Shown one piece after another: positions 8,232 to 15,295 of a stretch of DNA of 18,616 bases. The DNA is taken from positions 1 to 18,616 of the IMG/VR virus record IMGVR_UViG_2711768037_000018, one strand, 5' to 3'. Under the pieces are notes generated by a model that had not been told where the DNA came from, did not search any database, and was given only the letters and a program-made list of their open reading frames with translations. Position numbers and translations under genes: made by a program. The DNA is from a virus (taxonomy: Duplodnaviria > Heunggongvirae > Uroviricota > Caudoviricetes). Each line of letters begins with the position of its first letter. The first letter of the stretch is position 1.

Positions 8232-8510
8232 TCAGGCCTCGAAGAATTCGCCGTTCTTCGGGGCTTTTTCTTTTGTCAGCATTCTGGCTACTTTCTTAGC
8301 CAGTTCCGCCAACTCCTCGTCTTCAACACCCCACTCCAGCACAGCCAGAAGCATGGCCATCTTTGGGATAAAGCTGTCTTTCCATCGCGAAATTTGCGAT
8401 TCATTGATCCCTAATGCATCAGCAACCTTTCGCTGACCACGTACAGCAATTCGATTTAGGATGTTGCTTGTAATTGCATTCGCTTTCTTGCGAGTACTTG
8501 TAAGTTGCAT
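8232..8510 (-). CDS. cII: CII transcriptional activator
   Basis: 92 aa from internal ATG: MQLTSTRKKANAITSNILNRIAVRGQRKVADALGINESQISRWKDSFIPKMAMLLAVLEWGV..., aligns with lambda CII (..SQISRWKRDWIPKFSMLLAVLEWGV..). Confidence 0.85.
   Translation of the reverse strand: MQLTSTRKKANAITSNILNRIAVRGQRKVADALGINESQISRWKDSFIPKMAMLLAVLEWGVEDEELAELAKKVARMLTKEKAPKNGEFFEA
8236..8274 (+). terminator. Intrinsic terminator on the strand antisense to the cII 3' end (oop-RNA-like terminator)
   Basis: Plus strand: GCCTCGAAGAA-TTCGCCG-TTCTTCGGGGC (11-bp stem with one G-U) followed by TTTTTCTTTT; sits just inside the cII C-terminal codons, as lambda oop does. Confidence 0.6.
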
Positions 8511-8520
8511 ATGTAAGTAT
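8488..8520 (+). promoter_or_regulatory. pRE-like CII-dependent promoter (TTGC-N6-TTGT at -35, AAGTAT -10)
   Basis: TTGCGAGTACTTGTAAGTTGCATATGTAAGTATTTCC closely resembles lambda pRE (TTGCGTTTGTTTGCACGAACCATATGTAAGTATTTCC) as recalled; reads toward cro/cI. Confidence 0.55.
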
Positions 8521-8568
8521 TTCCTTAACAAATAAGAAGTTATGCGCACCAACTGATGCGCGTTGTAT

Positions 8569-8612
8569 TCCCGCATTTCGGCGGGAATGAGGACCATGAC
8601 TGTTAAAGAGCG
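8569..8612 (-). promoter_or_regulatory. nutR: boxA (CGCTCTTTAACA) + boxB hairpin (TCCCGC-CGAAAT-GCGGGA)
   Basis: Between cro and cII on the minus strand; boxA matches the consensus; boxB is identical to the hairpin in nutL. Confidence 0.7.
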
Positions 8613-8619
8613 GTGTTAC

Positions 8620-8844
8620 TTATGCTGCCTGATTCGGTTTTGGAAACAGGTGTGGCAAATCGGGGCGAATTTCGTAAGCCTTGATCTGCCCTCCAGTGGC
8701 GTTAACGATGGCGGTAACTTTCTCTGGAGAGACCAACCCGCCTTTCAGCCATTTGTGTACTGCTGGCTGCGTTACACCACACTTGTCGGCAAGGCGCTTT
8801 TGGCTACCGACAATTTTCAAGGCTCGTTGAATTACTAAATTCAT
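8620..8844 (-). CDS. cro: Cro-like repressor, YdaS-type HTH (74 aa from third in-frame ATG)
   Basis: HTH segment QKRLADKCGVTQPAVHKWLKG and ...ATGGQIKAYEIRPDL resemble the YdaS/Cro family; divergent from cI across an operator region; AGAGG 7 nt upstream of the chosen ATG. Confidence 0.8.
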   Translation of the reverse strand: MNLVIQRALKIVGSQKRLADKCGVTQPAVHKWLKGGLVSPEKVTAIVNATGGQIKAYEIRPDLPHLFPKPNQAA

Positions 8845-8877
8845 GAGCATACCTCTTGTGGTCATTACTTATAACCA

Positions 8878-8906
8878 AAGATAACTCAAGTTATAAAAAA
8901 TAGCAA
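8878..8906 (-). promoter_or_regulatory. pR promoter (TTGCTA-N17-TATCTT on minus strand)
   Basis: -10 overlaps operator 8881-8894, -35 abuts operator 8906-8919, as with lambda pR/OR1/OR2. Confidence 0.5.
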
Positions 8907-8943
8907 TAACCTTTGTTATTTTACTTTGGATAACCGTAGTTAT
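8881..8943. promoter_or_regulatory. OR operator cluster: three 14-bp inverted repeats ATAAC-N4-GTTAT
   Basis: ATAACTCAAGTTAT (8881-8894), ATAACCTTTGTTAT (8906-8919), ATAACCGTAGTTAT (8930-8943), centres about 24 bp apart between divergent cro and cI; pRM-like -10 TAGATT at 8943-8948 precedes the cI ATG by about 7 nt. Confidence 0.65.
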
Positions 8944-8955
8944 AGATTTGTGAGT

Positions 8956-9663
8956 ATGAAAACATTCGCAGAAAGACTAAATGCAGCCATGAGCTCAGCA
9001 GGGGTATCACAATCACAGCTTGCTGACATGGTTGGAATATCTCAGCCAGCCATACAGAAGATGTCGTCCGGTAAAACAAACGGATCTCGCAAGATGGTTG
9101 AATTAGCCAATGCTTTAAAAGTGCGTCCTGAATGGCTTAGTTCTGGTATTGGTGAAATGAGGGATGGTGCACATGAAGAACCATCCAATGTCCGTGAGTC
9201 ATCTTTAAAAGCTGTGGTATGGGAAGACATTAAAAGAAACGATGACGAGTTTGTTGCGTTGCCTCTTCTTAACGTTTCGCTTTCAGCTGGAAGCGGTAGC
9301 TGCGAGCTAGAGGAATCATCGGAGTTCTCTTTGGTTTTCAGAAAGCACTATCTGAAAAAGATGGGAGTATCAGAAAGATCAGCCAAGCTAGTTAGGGTTG
9401 TAGGGCAAAGCATGGAACCAACGCTTCACGATGGCGATGTTGTTGGTGTTAACACGCAAGATACCACAATCAGAGATGGTAAAACCTACGCTATTTGCCA
9501 GTCTGATTTGTTACGAGTAAAAACATTAATCGCCACCCCTACATCGGTGATAATCAGATCAATAAATCGCGAAGAGTACCCGGATGAAGTAATGGATAGA
9601 GATGAATTTCATGAAACCGTAAGGATTATTGGCAGAGTATTCTGGTCGTCTCATAGTTGGTAA
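8956..9663 (+). CDS. cI: CI-type prophage repressor (N-terminal HTH + C-terminal S24 LexA-like autopeptidase domain)
   Basis: 235 aa from ATG 8956 (track start 8926 is a TTG extension); HTH region SQSQLADMVGISQPAIQKM; C-terminal GQSMEPT (catalytic Ser) and downstream Lys; apparently leaderless start like lambda cI from pRM. Confidence 0.9.
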   Translation: MKTFAERLNAAMSSAGVSQSQLADMVGISQPAIQKMSSGKTNGSRKMVELANALKVRPEWLSSGIGEMRDGAHEEPSNVRESSLKAVVWEDIKRNDDEFVALPLLNVSLSAGSGSCELEESSEFSLVFRKHYLKKMGVSERSAKLVRVVGQSMEPTLHDGDVVGVNTQDTTIRDGKTYAICQSDLLRVKTLIATPTSVIIRSINREEYPDEVMDRDEFHETVRIIGRVFWSSHSW

Positions 9664-9703
9664 CCGATAATCAGAAGAAGACTTACGGAAGTGCGGAGGG
9701 ATA

Positions 9704-10000
9704 ATGGAATTTCTGATAGTTTTTGTTGTTGTTTTGGTCATCATTCTTTTTGTTTTGCTAAGCATTAGCAAAAAGCTATCTCAAATGATTGAACATAGCT
9801 CTAATCGCGCAAAAGAAGAAGAGCATCTAATTGATATAAAAGAGATTCTCTCTGATATAAAAATCACATTAGATGAAATAAAATACACAACAGATCTAAT
9901 TGAACAGTATAAAATACCAACCCCAAACGAGAGAAAAGCAATAGATCAATATCGTATTGACTTAGAAATCGACGAAATGCTAAGCAAAAGAAAAGACTAA
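9704..10000 (+). CDS. Hypothetical single-pass membrane protein (98 aa), AT-rich, co-oriented directly downstream of cI
   Basis: N-terminal TM helix EFLIVFVVVLVIILFVLLSI then charged helical region; GGAGGG SD; strongly AT-rich codon usage compared with neighbours; followed by an intrinsic terminator. Confidence 0.7.
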   Translation: MEFLIVFVVVLVIILFVLLSISKKLSQMIEHSSNRAKEEEHLIDIKEILSDIKITLDEIKYTTDLIEQYKIPTPNERKAIDQYRIDLEIDEMLSKRKD

Positions 10001-10004
10001 AAAC

Positions 10005-10034
10005 ACCCGGCCTCAGCGCCGGGTTTTCTTTTCC
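10005..10034 (+). terminator. Intrinsic terminator ending the cI transcription unit
   Basis: CCCGGC-CTCAGC-GCCGGG hairpin followed by TTTTCTTTTCC. Confidence 0.7.
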
Positions 10035-10197
10035 TGCCGTTCACCACCCAATCAACCATCCTCATCATAGACAAGCATCAAGCCAAAGGTAACACCTTCA
10101 CCCCGCACGTAAGCCCTCAAACACCAATCAATCAGCAACATTTACAAAAATAAAATACCTTTGTTATCCATCACTTATAACTTATTTACCATAAAAT

Positions 10198-10239
10198 ATA
10201 AATTAGGTTATTGACCACACCTATAACCTAGGTTATCTT
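10198..10239 (+). promoter_or_regulatory. pL promoter with OL operators (TTGACC-N17-TATCTT; operators ATAAATTAGGTTAT and ATAACCTAGGTTAT)
   Basis: Same ATAAC-N4-GTTAT operator type as OR; perfect palindrome at 10223-10236 overlaps spacer/-10; located upstream of nutL and N. Confidence 0.5.
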
Positions 10240-10284
10240 TAAGCCATCAGCAGGACGCTGGTAGCCAAACGGAACAGATTGGCA

Positions 10285-10326
10285 GGCTCTTTAACATTGA
10301 TGGGATTGTCCCGCCGAAATGCGGGA
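10285..10326 (+). promoter_or_regulatory. nutL: boxA (GGCTCTTTAACA) + boxB hairpin (TCCCGC-CGAAAT-GCGGGA)
   Basis: About 110 nt upstream of N; boxB identical to nutR. Confidence 0.7.
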
Positions 10327-10433
10327 ACCAAAGAGTAGTTGGCTTTGGGGTGACGTGAAGTGCAGCTGCACGACGGCAACCGGAAGATAAGCACCCGGCG
10401 CGTCACCGCCAAAGTCAATCATCGGAGGTCAAC

Positions 10434-10706
10434 ATGACAGTAGTCATTACATATCTGGCTGACGATAACGCCAGAAATCGCCGCAGAGCACGCAGACAGG
10501 CTCAACGTGAACAGGCAATGCAAGAGCAGCGACTGGCACGAAAAATTGCGCTAAAGCTCTCTGGTTGCGTCAGAGCAGATAAAGCAGCATCACTCGGAAG
10601 CCTTCGCTGCAAGAAGGCAGATGAATGCAGTGGAAGTATTTGCCTGCCAAACGTAGCCATTTACGCGGCAGGCTACCGGAAATCAAAACAACTGACGGCG
10701 AGGTAA
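10434..10706 (+). CDS. N: N-type antitermination protein (P22 gene 24-like)
   Basis: 90 aa; arginine-rich motif DNARNRRRARRQAQREQ; C-terminus LPNVAIYAAGYRKSKQLTAR resembles the P22 gp24 C-terminus as recalled; GGAGG SD. Confidence 0.85.
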   Translation: MTVVITYLADDNARNRRRARRQAQREQAMQEQRLARKIALKLSGCVRADKAASLGSLRCKKADECSGSICLPNVAIYAAGYRKSKQLTAR

Positions 10707-10709
10707 GTG

Positions 10710-10934
10710 ATGAATCAGACATACATTCCATCATGCTTGAGAAATCTGCCAAAGCAGAAAGCAAAGCCCCGCAAGCAAGCCATAAAGGACGCTAAGGCAG
10801 AGGTTATTGATCAAGCAATACAATTGCTCAGGGAGGAGTTAAGAAGTGGCAAGCTAGAAGGAATGATGATGCCCTATCAGCGCGGATATCTATCGGCGAT
10901 TAGTAAGTTGGAAGTATTGAAGAGTGAATTATGA
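10710..10934 (+). CDS. Hypothetical protein (74 aa)
   Basis: ORF immediately after N (N stop TAA, then ATG with GAGG SD); basic, helical; no recognised family. Confidence 0.5.
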   Translation: MNQTYIPSCLRNLPKQKAKPRKQAIKDAKAEVIDQAIQLLREELRSGKLEGMMMPYQRGYLSAISKLEVLKSEL

Positions 10935-10996
10935 GCTATCTGGAATTTCCGGATGGTTCATTGTTTTGGCAGCAAACCACTTATTTGAGGTGAGAT

Positions 10997-11467
10997 ATGA
11001 CAATATCATGGAGCGTACCTTTTCCTGAATCAGAAACTGAACATGATGGAATGCCTGTTTTCTGGAGATTCCAGGCGACAGTTGAAGAAGATGGAATCAA
11101 AATATTCGCACTTCAATATATAGCTTTTCATCAGACAGAGCATTATGCATGGTTGGTTCCTGCGCATTGGATTGTTAATTTTAAACCAGCACCAAATCAG
11201 TGGTTACAGGAATGGAAACAAAAGAGAAATAGATATGCAATTAAGAAAGTAGCAAAAAATGCAGAAAGATCTTTTGCATTCCCAACGAAGAAACTTGCCA
11301 TTGAAAGTTTATTGCGCCGGAAGAAATACCATTTAATGAGAATCAAACAAGATTTGGCTGTTGTATCAACTCTTGTTGATGGGATGAAGAATATTGATAC
11401 ATCAACACCAGATATTGAATATAACTTTGGACACAACCAAGAAACAGAAAACTGGGTGTTTTATTAG
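10997..11467 (+). CDS. Hypothetical protein (156 aa), AT-rich
   Basis: Clean ORF with GAGGTGAG SD; AT-rich composition; no recognised motif; occupies the ral/sieB position between N and cIII. Confidence 0.65.
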   Translation: MTISWSVPFPESETEHDGMPVFWRFQATVEEDGIKIFALQYIAFHQTEHYAWLVPAHWIVNFKPAPNQWLQEWKQKRNRYAIKKVAKNAERSFAFPTKKLAIESLLRRKKYHLMRIKQDLAVVSTLVDGMKNIDTSTPDIEYNFGHNQETENWVFY

Positions 11468-11571
11468 TACGAATAAGCACTGTGTATTCATTCCAACGAG
11501 TGAATACACGGAGCAATGTCGCTCGTAACTAAACAGGAGCCGACTTGTTCTGATTATTGGAAATCTTCTTT

Positions 11572-11599
11572 GCCCTCCAGTGTGAGGGCAATTTTTTTT
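11572..11599 (+). terminator. Intrinsic terminator (tL-like) inside the early-left operon
   Basis: GCCCTC-CAGTGT-GAGGGC hairpin followed by AATTTTTTTT. Confidence 0.65.
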
Positions 11600-11612
11600 G
11601 ACGGAGTAAACG

Positions 11613-11861
11613 ATGATAAAAACTGATTATCCTGCAGAACTTAAACAAAAAGTAATAACAGCAATTAAATGCTCTTTTATCTCATGTCGTACAGATGAAG
11701 AACGACATGTCGTTGAGTGTGCAATTGTCGAGTTTCTCACAGCGATGGAATTTACCGCTGCAGAATCAATAGATGTATTAAAGCAATCAGACGGAAATGA
11801 TATTGAAACGGATGATGTTATTGACCGACTAATAAAATCATTCGAAGAAGAAATAGAGTAG
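11613..11861 (+). CDS. Hypothetical small acidic protein (82 aa)
   Basis: GGAG SD; about 20 Asp/Glu versus 8 Lys/Arg; followed by a GC-rich hairpin (about 11862-11885). Confidence 0.6.
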   Translation: MIKTDYPAELKQKVITAIKCSFISCRTDEERHVVECAIVEFLTAMEFTAAESIDVLKQSDGNDIETDDVIDRLIKSFEEEIE

Positions 11862-11944
11862 CCGCCTGAGCGCGGCTTTACCGCATACCAATAATGCTTC
11901 ACGAGAGGCATTTTCGTTATGCAATCAAATATAAGGAGTTACCC

Positions 11945-12079
11945 ATGATGCACTTTCAGCTCGCGGGTAGCGGCGTCATGTCCGCTTTCTACCCGCACGA
12001 ATCTGAATTATCACGCCGAGTTAAACAATTAATCAGAGCAGCAAAGAAACAACTGGAGGCGTTATGCGCAATGAAATAG
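11945..12079 (+). CDS. cIII: CIII-like protein (putative FtsH inhibitor, 44 aa)
   Basis: MMHFQLAGSGVMSAFYPHESELSRRVKQLIRAAKKQLEAL resembles lambda CIII (MQYAIAGWPVAGCPSESLLERITRKLRDGWKRLIDIL); AAGGAG SD 6 nt upstream; the track ORF from 11894 is an upstream extension. Confidence 0.6.
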   Translation: MMHFQLAGSGVMSAFYPHESELSRRVKQLIRAAKKQLEALCAMK

Positions 12080-12215
12080 CCATCAATCACCAGATGCTTC
12101 GTGCAGCACAAAACAAAGCAGTAATAGCCAGATTTATTGGTGATTCCAAAATGTGGCTTGAAGCAAATAAAGCGATGAAATCAGCGATCAACATTCCGTG
12201 GTATCGCAGGAAATG
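12063..12215 (+). CDS. kil: Kil-like host-killing protein (50 aa, not in ORF track)
   Basis: MRNEIAINHQMLRAAQNKAVIARFIGDSKMWLEANKAMKSAINIPWYRRK; ARFIGDSKMW resembles lambda Kil ATFIGDEKMF; GGAGG SD; directly follows cIII as in lambda. Confidence 0.6.
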
Positions 12216-12297
12216 AGTTTTACAGATAACTGGTCAGACGAAGAATTCATTCGTCAGATGAACAAAATGCTCAATCAGCACAAAGAACAGGAGAAAG

Positions 12298-12609
12298 ATG
12301 ATGATTCTGACTCTGAATGATAAGCGTGAAATATCGCAAATCATCGCAAGTTTTACCGATGATGATTACGAACGAATCAACAGTGAAGTTGATCGCCTCT
12401 GCAAACGTTGCGACCCAATAAGCGAAATGCTTCGCTCATATAAACCAGATGAACACACTAAGGACGCTATCGACTGGCTGGAAGATGATGACTGTAACTA
12501 TCAGGAAAAAGCCGCTGAATGGTTCTGGGATGCAATAACCGAAAGAGTTAAGGCTGAATATGCCTTCGCAATATTCAAGCGCAGACACATTTTTGGAGAA
12601 GCAGCATGA
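12298..12609 (+). CDS. Hypothetical protein (103 aa) immediately upstream of recT
   Basis: AGGAGA SD; stop overlaps recT start (ATGA); acidic, Cys-containing; no recognised family. Confidence 0.6.
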   Translation: MMILTLNDKREISQIIASFTDDDYERINSEVDRLCKRCDPISEMLRSYKPDEHTKDAIDWLEDDDCNYQEKAAEWFWDAITERVKAEYAFAIFKRRHIFGEAA

Positions 12610-13508
12610 GCAATATCGTTGAATTCGTTAAACAGCAGGAGCAGTTATTCTGCGGAGCATTGACTGAACAGACGGTGACATGGGCTAAGGAAAGCCAGTT
12701 TGCAATTCAGTATTTCCAGAAAAACGATTACCTGGCTAAAACGGCACTGGCAAATCCAACCAGCGCACAGAACGCCATCATCAATGTTGCGGCGATCGGC
12801 ATCACCTTAAACCCGGCCAGCAAACTTGCTTATCTAGTTCCGCGCGACGGCATGGTTTGCCTTGATATCAGCTATATGGGATTACTTCACCTTGCACAGT
12901 CGACAGGATCAATTAAGTGGGGGCAATGCAAACTGGTGTACTCAAACGACACCTATGAATCAAACGGCCTTGATTCAGCACCAACCCACAAATACAACGC
13001 ATTTGGTGAGCGAGGCTCTATTGTTGGTGGTTATTGTACGGTTAAAACAGCAGATGGTGACTACCTCACTGAAGAAATGAGTCTGGCAGAAATTAAAGCT
13101 GTGGAAGCAACGAGCAAGGCAAAGAATGGACCGTGGAAGACATTCTGGGAAGAGATGGCGCGTAAAACAATAGTTAAACGCGCCAGCAAATACTGGCCTA
13201 AAGCCCAGCGACTGGATAATGCCATTCACCTGCTTAACGAAGATGAAGGTATGCATCAGGAACCAGTTATGCCGCACAAATCAGAGGAAGATATCCGCGA
13301 AGATGAACGGAAACGCCAGCAGGAAATAATGGATAAAGCACAACTTCTTTGCGATGAAATGGCTCAGGCAGAAAACATGGATGATTTGAAGCGATATTTT
13401 GCAGAAGCATATCGCCTGACATCTGGAATGAAATTGCAGCAGAACGTACAAGCCATTTACATAGAATGCAAAGCGAAACTGGAGGTTGCCAGTGAGCAAA
13501 CTGTATGA
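12606..13508 (+). CDS. recT: RecT-family single-strand annealing recombinase
   Basis: 300 aa; ...NPASKLAYLVPRDG... and NGPWKTFWEEMARKTIVKRASKYWP closely parallel E. coli RecT (NGPWVTHWEEMAKKTAIRRLFKYLP). Confidence 0.9.
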   Translation: MSNIVEFVKQQEQLFCGALTEQTVTWAKESQFAIQYFQKNDYLAKTALANPTSAQNAIINVAAIGITLNPASKLAYLVPRDGMVCLDISYMGLLHLAQSTGSIKWGQCKLVYSNDTYESNGLDSAPTHKYNAFGERGSIVGGYCTVKTADGDYLTEEMSLAEIKAVEATSKAKNGPWKTFWEEMARKTIVKRASKYWPKAQRLDNAIHLLNEDEGMHQEPVMPHKSEEDIREDERKRQQEIMDKAQLLCDEMAQAENMDDLKRYFAEAYRLTSGMKLQQNVQAIYIECKAKLEVASEQTV

Positions 13509-13974
13509 AATAGCCAATGAATACGCAAAGCTGATGGATTCAGATTTAGAGCCAGAGATGATTGCTGACACAATAGAAGGCATGGAAGGAGAATTTACCG
13601 ATAAAATAGAGCAACTTCTTGCCATTATTAAAAATGAATCTGGTTATGCTGAACGCCTCAAGGACGAGGCAAAGTCACTGAATGAACGAGCAGCAGTAAT
13701 TCAAAATAAGATTGATAGCATTATGGCATATATAGCGTCATCGCTTGAAATGGTTGGCAAGAAAAAGATTCGAGCAGGTATTCACCAGGTAACAATCCGC
13801 AAACCGTCAGAAACTGTAGAAATCATCGACTCAAGCGCCATTCCTCCTGAATACGTTGAGTTTGAAACGACAATTAAAGCCGACAAGTTGGCAATCAAAC
13901 ACCAACTAAAAGCAGGAATAAATATCCCCGGCGCTCAACTCAAAGTTGGGAAACCTTCACTTCTTATCAAATAA
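13492..13974 (+). CDS. Hypothetical coiled-coil protein (160 aa from GTG), possibly Siphovirus-Gp157-like
   Basis: GGAGG SD 6 nt before GTG; overlaps recT stop; helical/charged composition; family assignment is from memory and uncertain. Confidence 0.55.
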   Translation: MSKLYEIANEYAKLMDSDLEPEMIADTIEGMEGEFTDKIEQLLAIIKNESGYAERLKDEAKSLNERAAVIQNKIDSIMAYIASSLEMVGKKKIRAGIHQVTIRKPSETVEIIDSSAIPPEYVEFETTIKADKLAIKHQLKAGINIPGAQLKVGKPSLLIK

Positions 13975-13985
13975 CGGTATCGCCT

Positions 13986-14300
13986 ATGAAAAAGACTCCA
14001 TGGGAGAAATGGGAAGTCGATTTCTTGCGCGAAGTAGCGGCGACAATGCCAGTTGAAGTTATCGCTGAAAAACTGGAAAGGACTGAAAAAGCAGTTATGG
14101 CGAAAGCAACAAGGATTGGCGCTGACATTGTTAGCCGACTTCGTGGAAGACGCTGGACAAGAGCCGAAGTATCACTTTTCGGTAAGTTCTCCGCAGAAGA
14201 AATAGCAATTGCAACCTGCCGCTCAATTTATTCAGTAAGAGCTATGCGATACAAGCTAAAAAAACTCGATGAAGAAAGAGCAGGCATACGAATAAATTAA
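13986..14300 (+). CDS. Hypothetical protein (104 aa) with two tandem ~45-aa repeats, possible DNA-binding
   Basis: Repeats WEKWEVDFLREVAATMPVEVIAEKL... and RWTRAEVSLFGKFSAEEIAIATCRS...; basic C-terminus. Confidence 0.55.
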   Translation: MKKTPWEKWEVDFLREVAATMPVEVIAEKLERTEKAVMAKATRIGADIVSRLRGRRWTRAEVSLFGKFSAEEIAIATCRSIYSVRAMRYKLKKLDEERAGIRIN

Positions 14301-14316
14301 CATGGAGTAATTAACA

Positions 14317-14595
14317 ATGAAGCTAAACATCGACCTCGGAAAATACGTTATTACCGGAACCAAGCACGATCTGATTCTTAGCGAAAGAGGAATTATCAAA
14401 GAAGGCGAGAATGCAGGGAAAGAAACACTAAGTCGTATCGGTTATTACAGCAAGTTTGAGCATCTGGTTAAAGAGTTATGCAACCGTGAAATCATGTTAT
14501 CTCAGGCGCAGACGCTACAGGATATTCAGCAGCATATCTGGACTTTAGGTGAGTCACTTAGCATGGCTATTGACCAGTTCGTGGAGAGTAAATAA
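14317..14595 (+). CDS. Hypothetical protein (92 aa)
   Basis: Clean ORF with GGAG upstream; no recognised family. Confidence 0.55.
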   Translation: MKLNIDLGKYVITGTKHDLILSERGIIKEGENAGKETLSRIGYYSKFEHLVKELCNREIMLSQAQTLQDIQQHIWTLGESLSMAIDQFVESK

Positions 14596-14759
14596 TGAGA
14601 GGACTTGCATACAATCCCGGCATTCTTCCGGCAGAAATGATTATTCGCCAACGCGTAAAGCCAATGCCATCGAGAGAGGAATTGCTTAAAAGAAATAGTT
14701 TCGGTTCTGTTAATGACAACAAATATCTGAATGCAATGTGGCGGAGTGGGAAGAAATGA
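14595..14759 (+). CDS. Hypothetical small protein (54 aa, not in ORF track)
   Basis: Hand-translated [59 protein letters not shown] overlap with the upstream ORF and ATGA overlap with the downstream ORF; GGAGAG SD. Confidence 0.3.
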   Translation: MRGLAYNPGILPAEMIIRQRVKPMPSREELLKRNSFGSVNDNKYLNAMWRSGKK

Positions 14760-15295
14760 AACAAATGTCACTAATTGAGATGGATGGTTTTCTGAAAGGT
14801 AAATGCATCCCAAGTGATTTAAAGGTTAACGAAACAAACGCTGAATATCTGGTGCGTAAGTTCGGTGAACTTGAATCAAAACTAGAAACGGCGTTGCGTG
14901 AGTGTCGTTCTGCTGGAATCACGATTGATAACCTTGAGGCCAAGTGCGCGGCGCTTACGGCAGAGAATGCGGGGATGAAGTCTGATATTCCACTTGGTGC
15001 CATCGAGAATGGCATAGCGTTTGCAGACCGTTTAGAGAATTACCAGTTCGAGTGTGAAGGCGGAAATCTAAACATGTGCAGTGATTGGCAGGAGTTTCGC
15101 CGTTGCTTCGAGTACTTATCTGAATGGGCAATGCATAGCCAGACAGAGCACCCAGCCACCGACGCCTTCATGGCTGAAGTTCGGGCGCAGGGCGTGGAGA
15201 TGTTCGGTCAGTACCATAACTTCAGCGAAAAGCTATTCATCCAGAAAGAGGCACAGAAATTCGCCGCCCAGCTTCGCAAAGGAGGCAAACAGTGA
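14756..15295 (+). CDS. Hypothetical protein (179 aa from ATG; track start 14738 is GTG)
   Basis: Coiled-coil N-terminal region and Cys-containing C-terminal region; no recognised family. Confidence 0.6.
   Translation: MKQMSLIEMDGFLKGKCIPSDLKVNETNAEYLVRKFGELESKLETALRECRSAGITIDNLEAKCAALTAENAGMKSDIPLGAIENGIAFADRLENYQFECEGGNLNMCSDWQEFRRCFEYLSEWAMHSQTEHPATDAFMAEVRAQGVEMFGQYHNFSEKLFIQKEAQKFAAQLRKGGKQ

Noticed and set aside
8563-8838. 91-aa plus-strand ORF overlapping cro
   Set aside because: Antisense to cro and crossing nutR; no start context.
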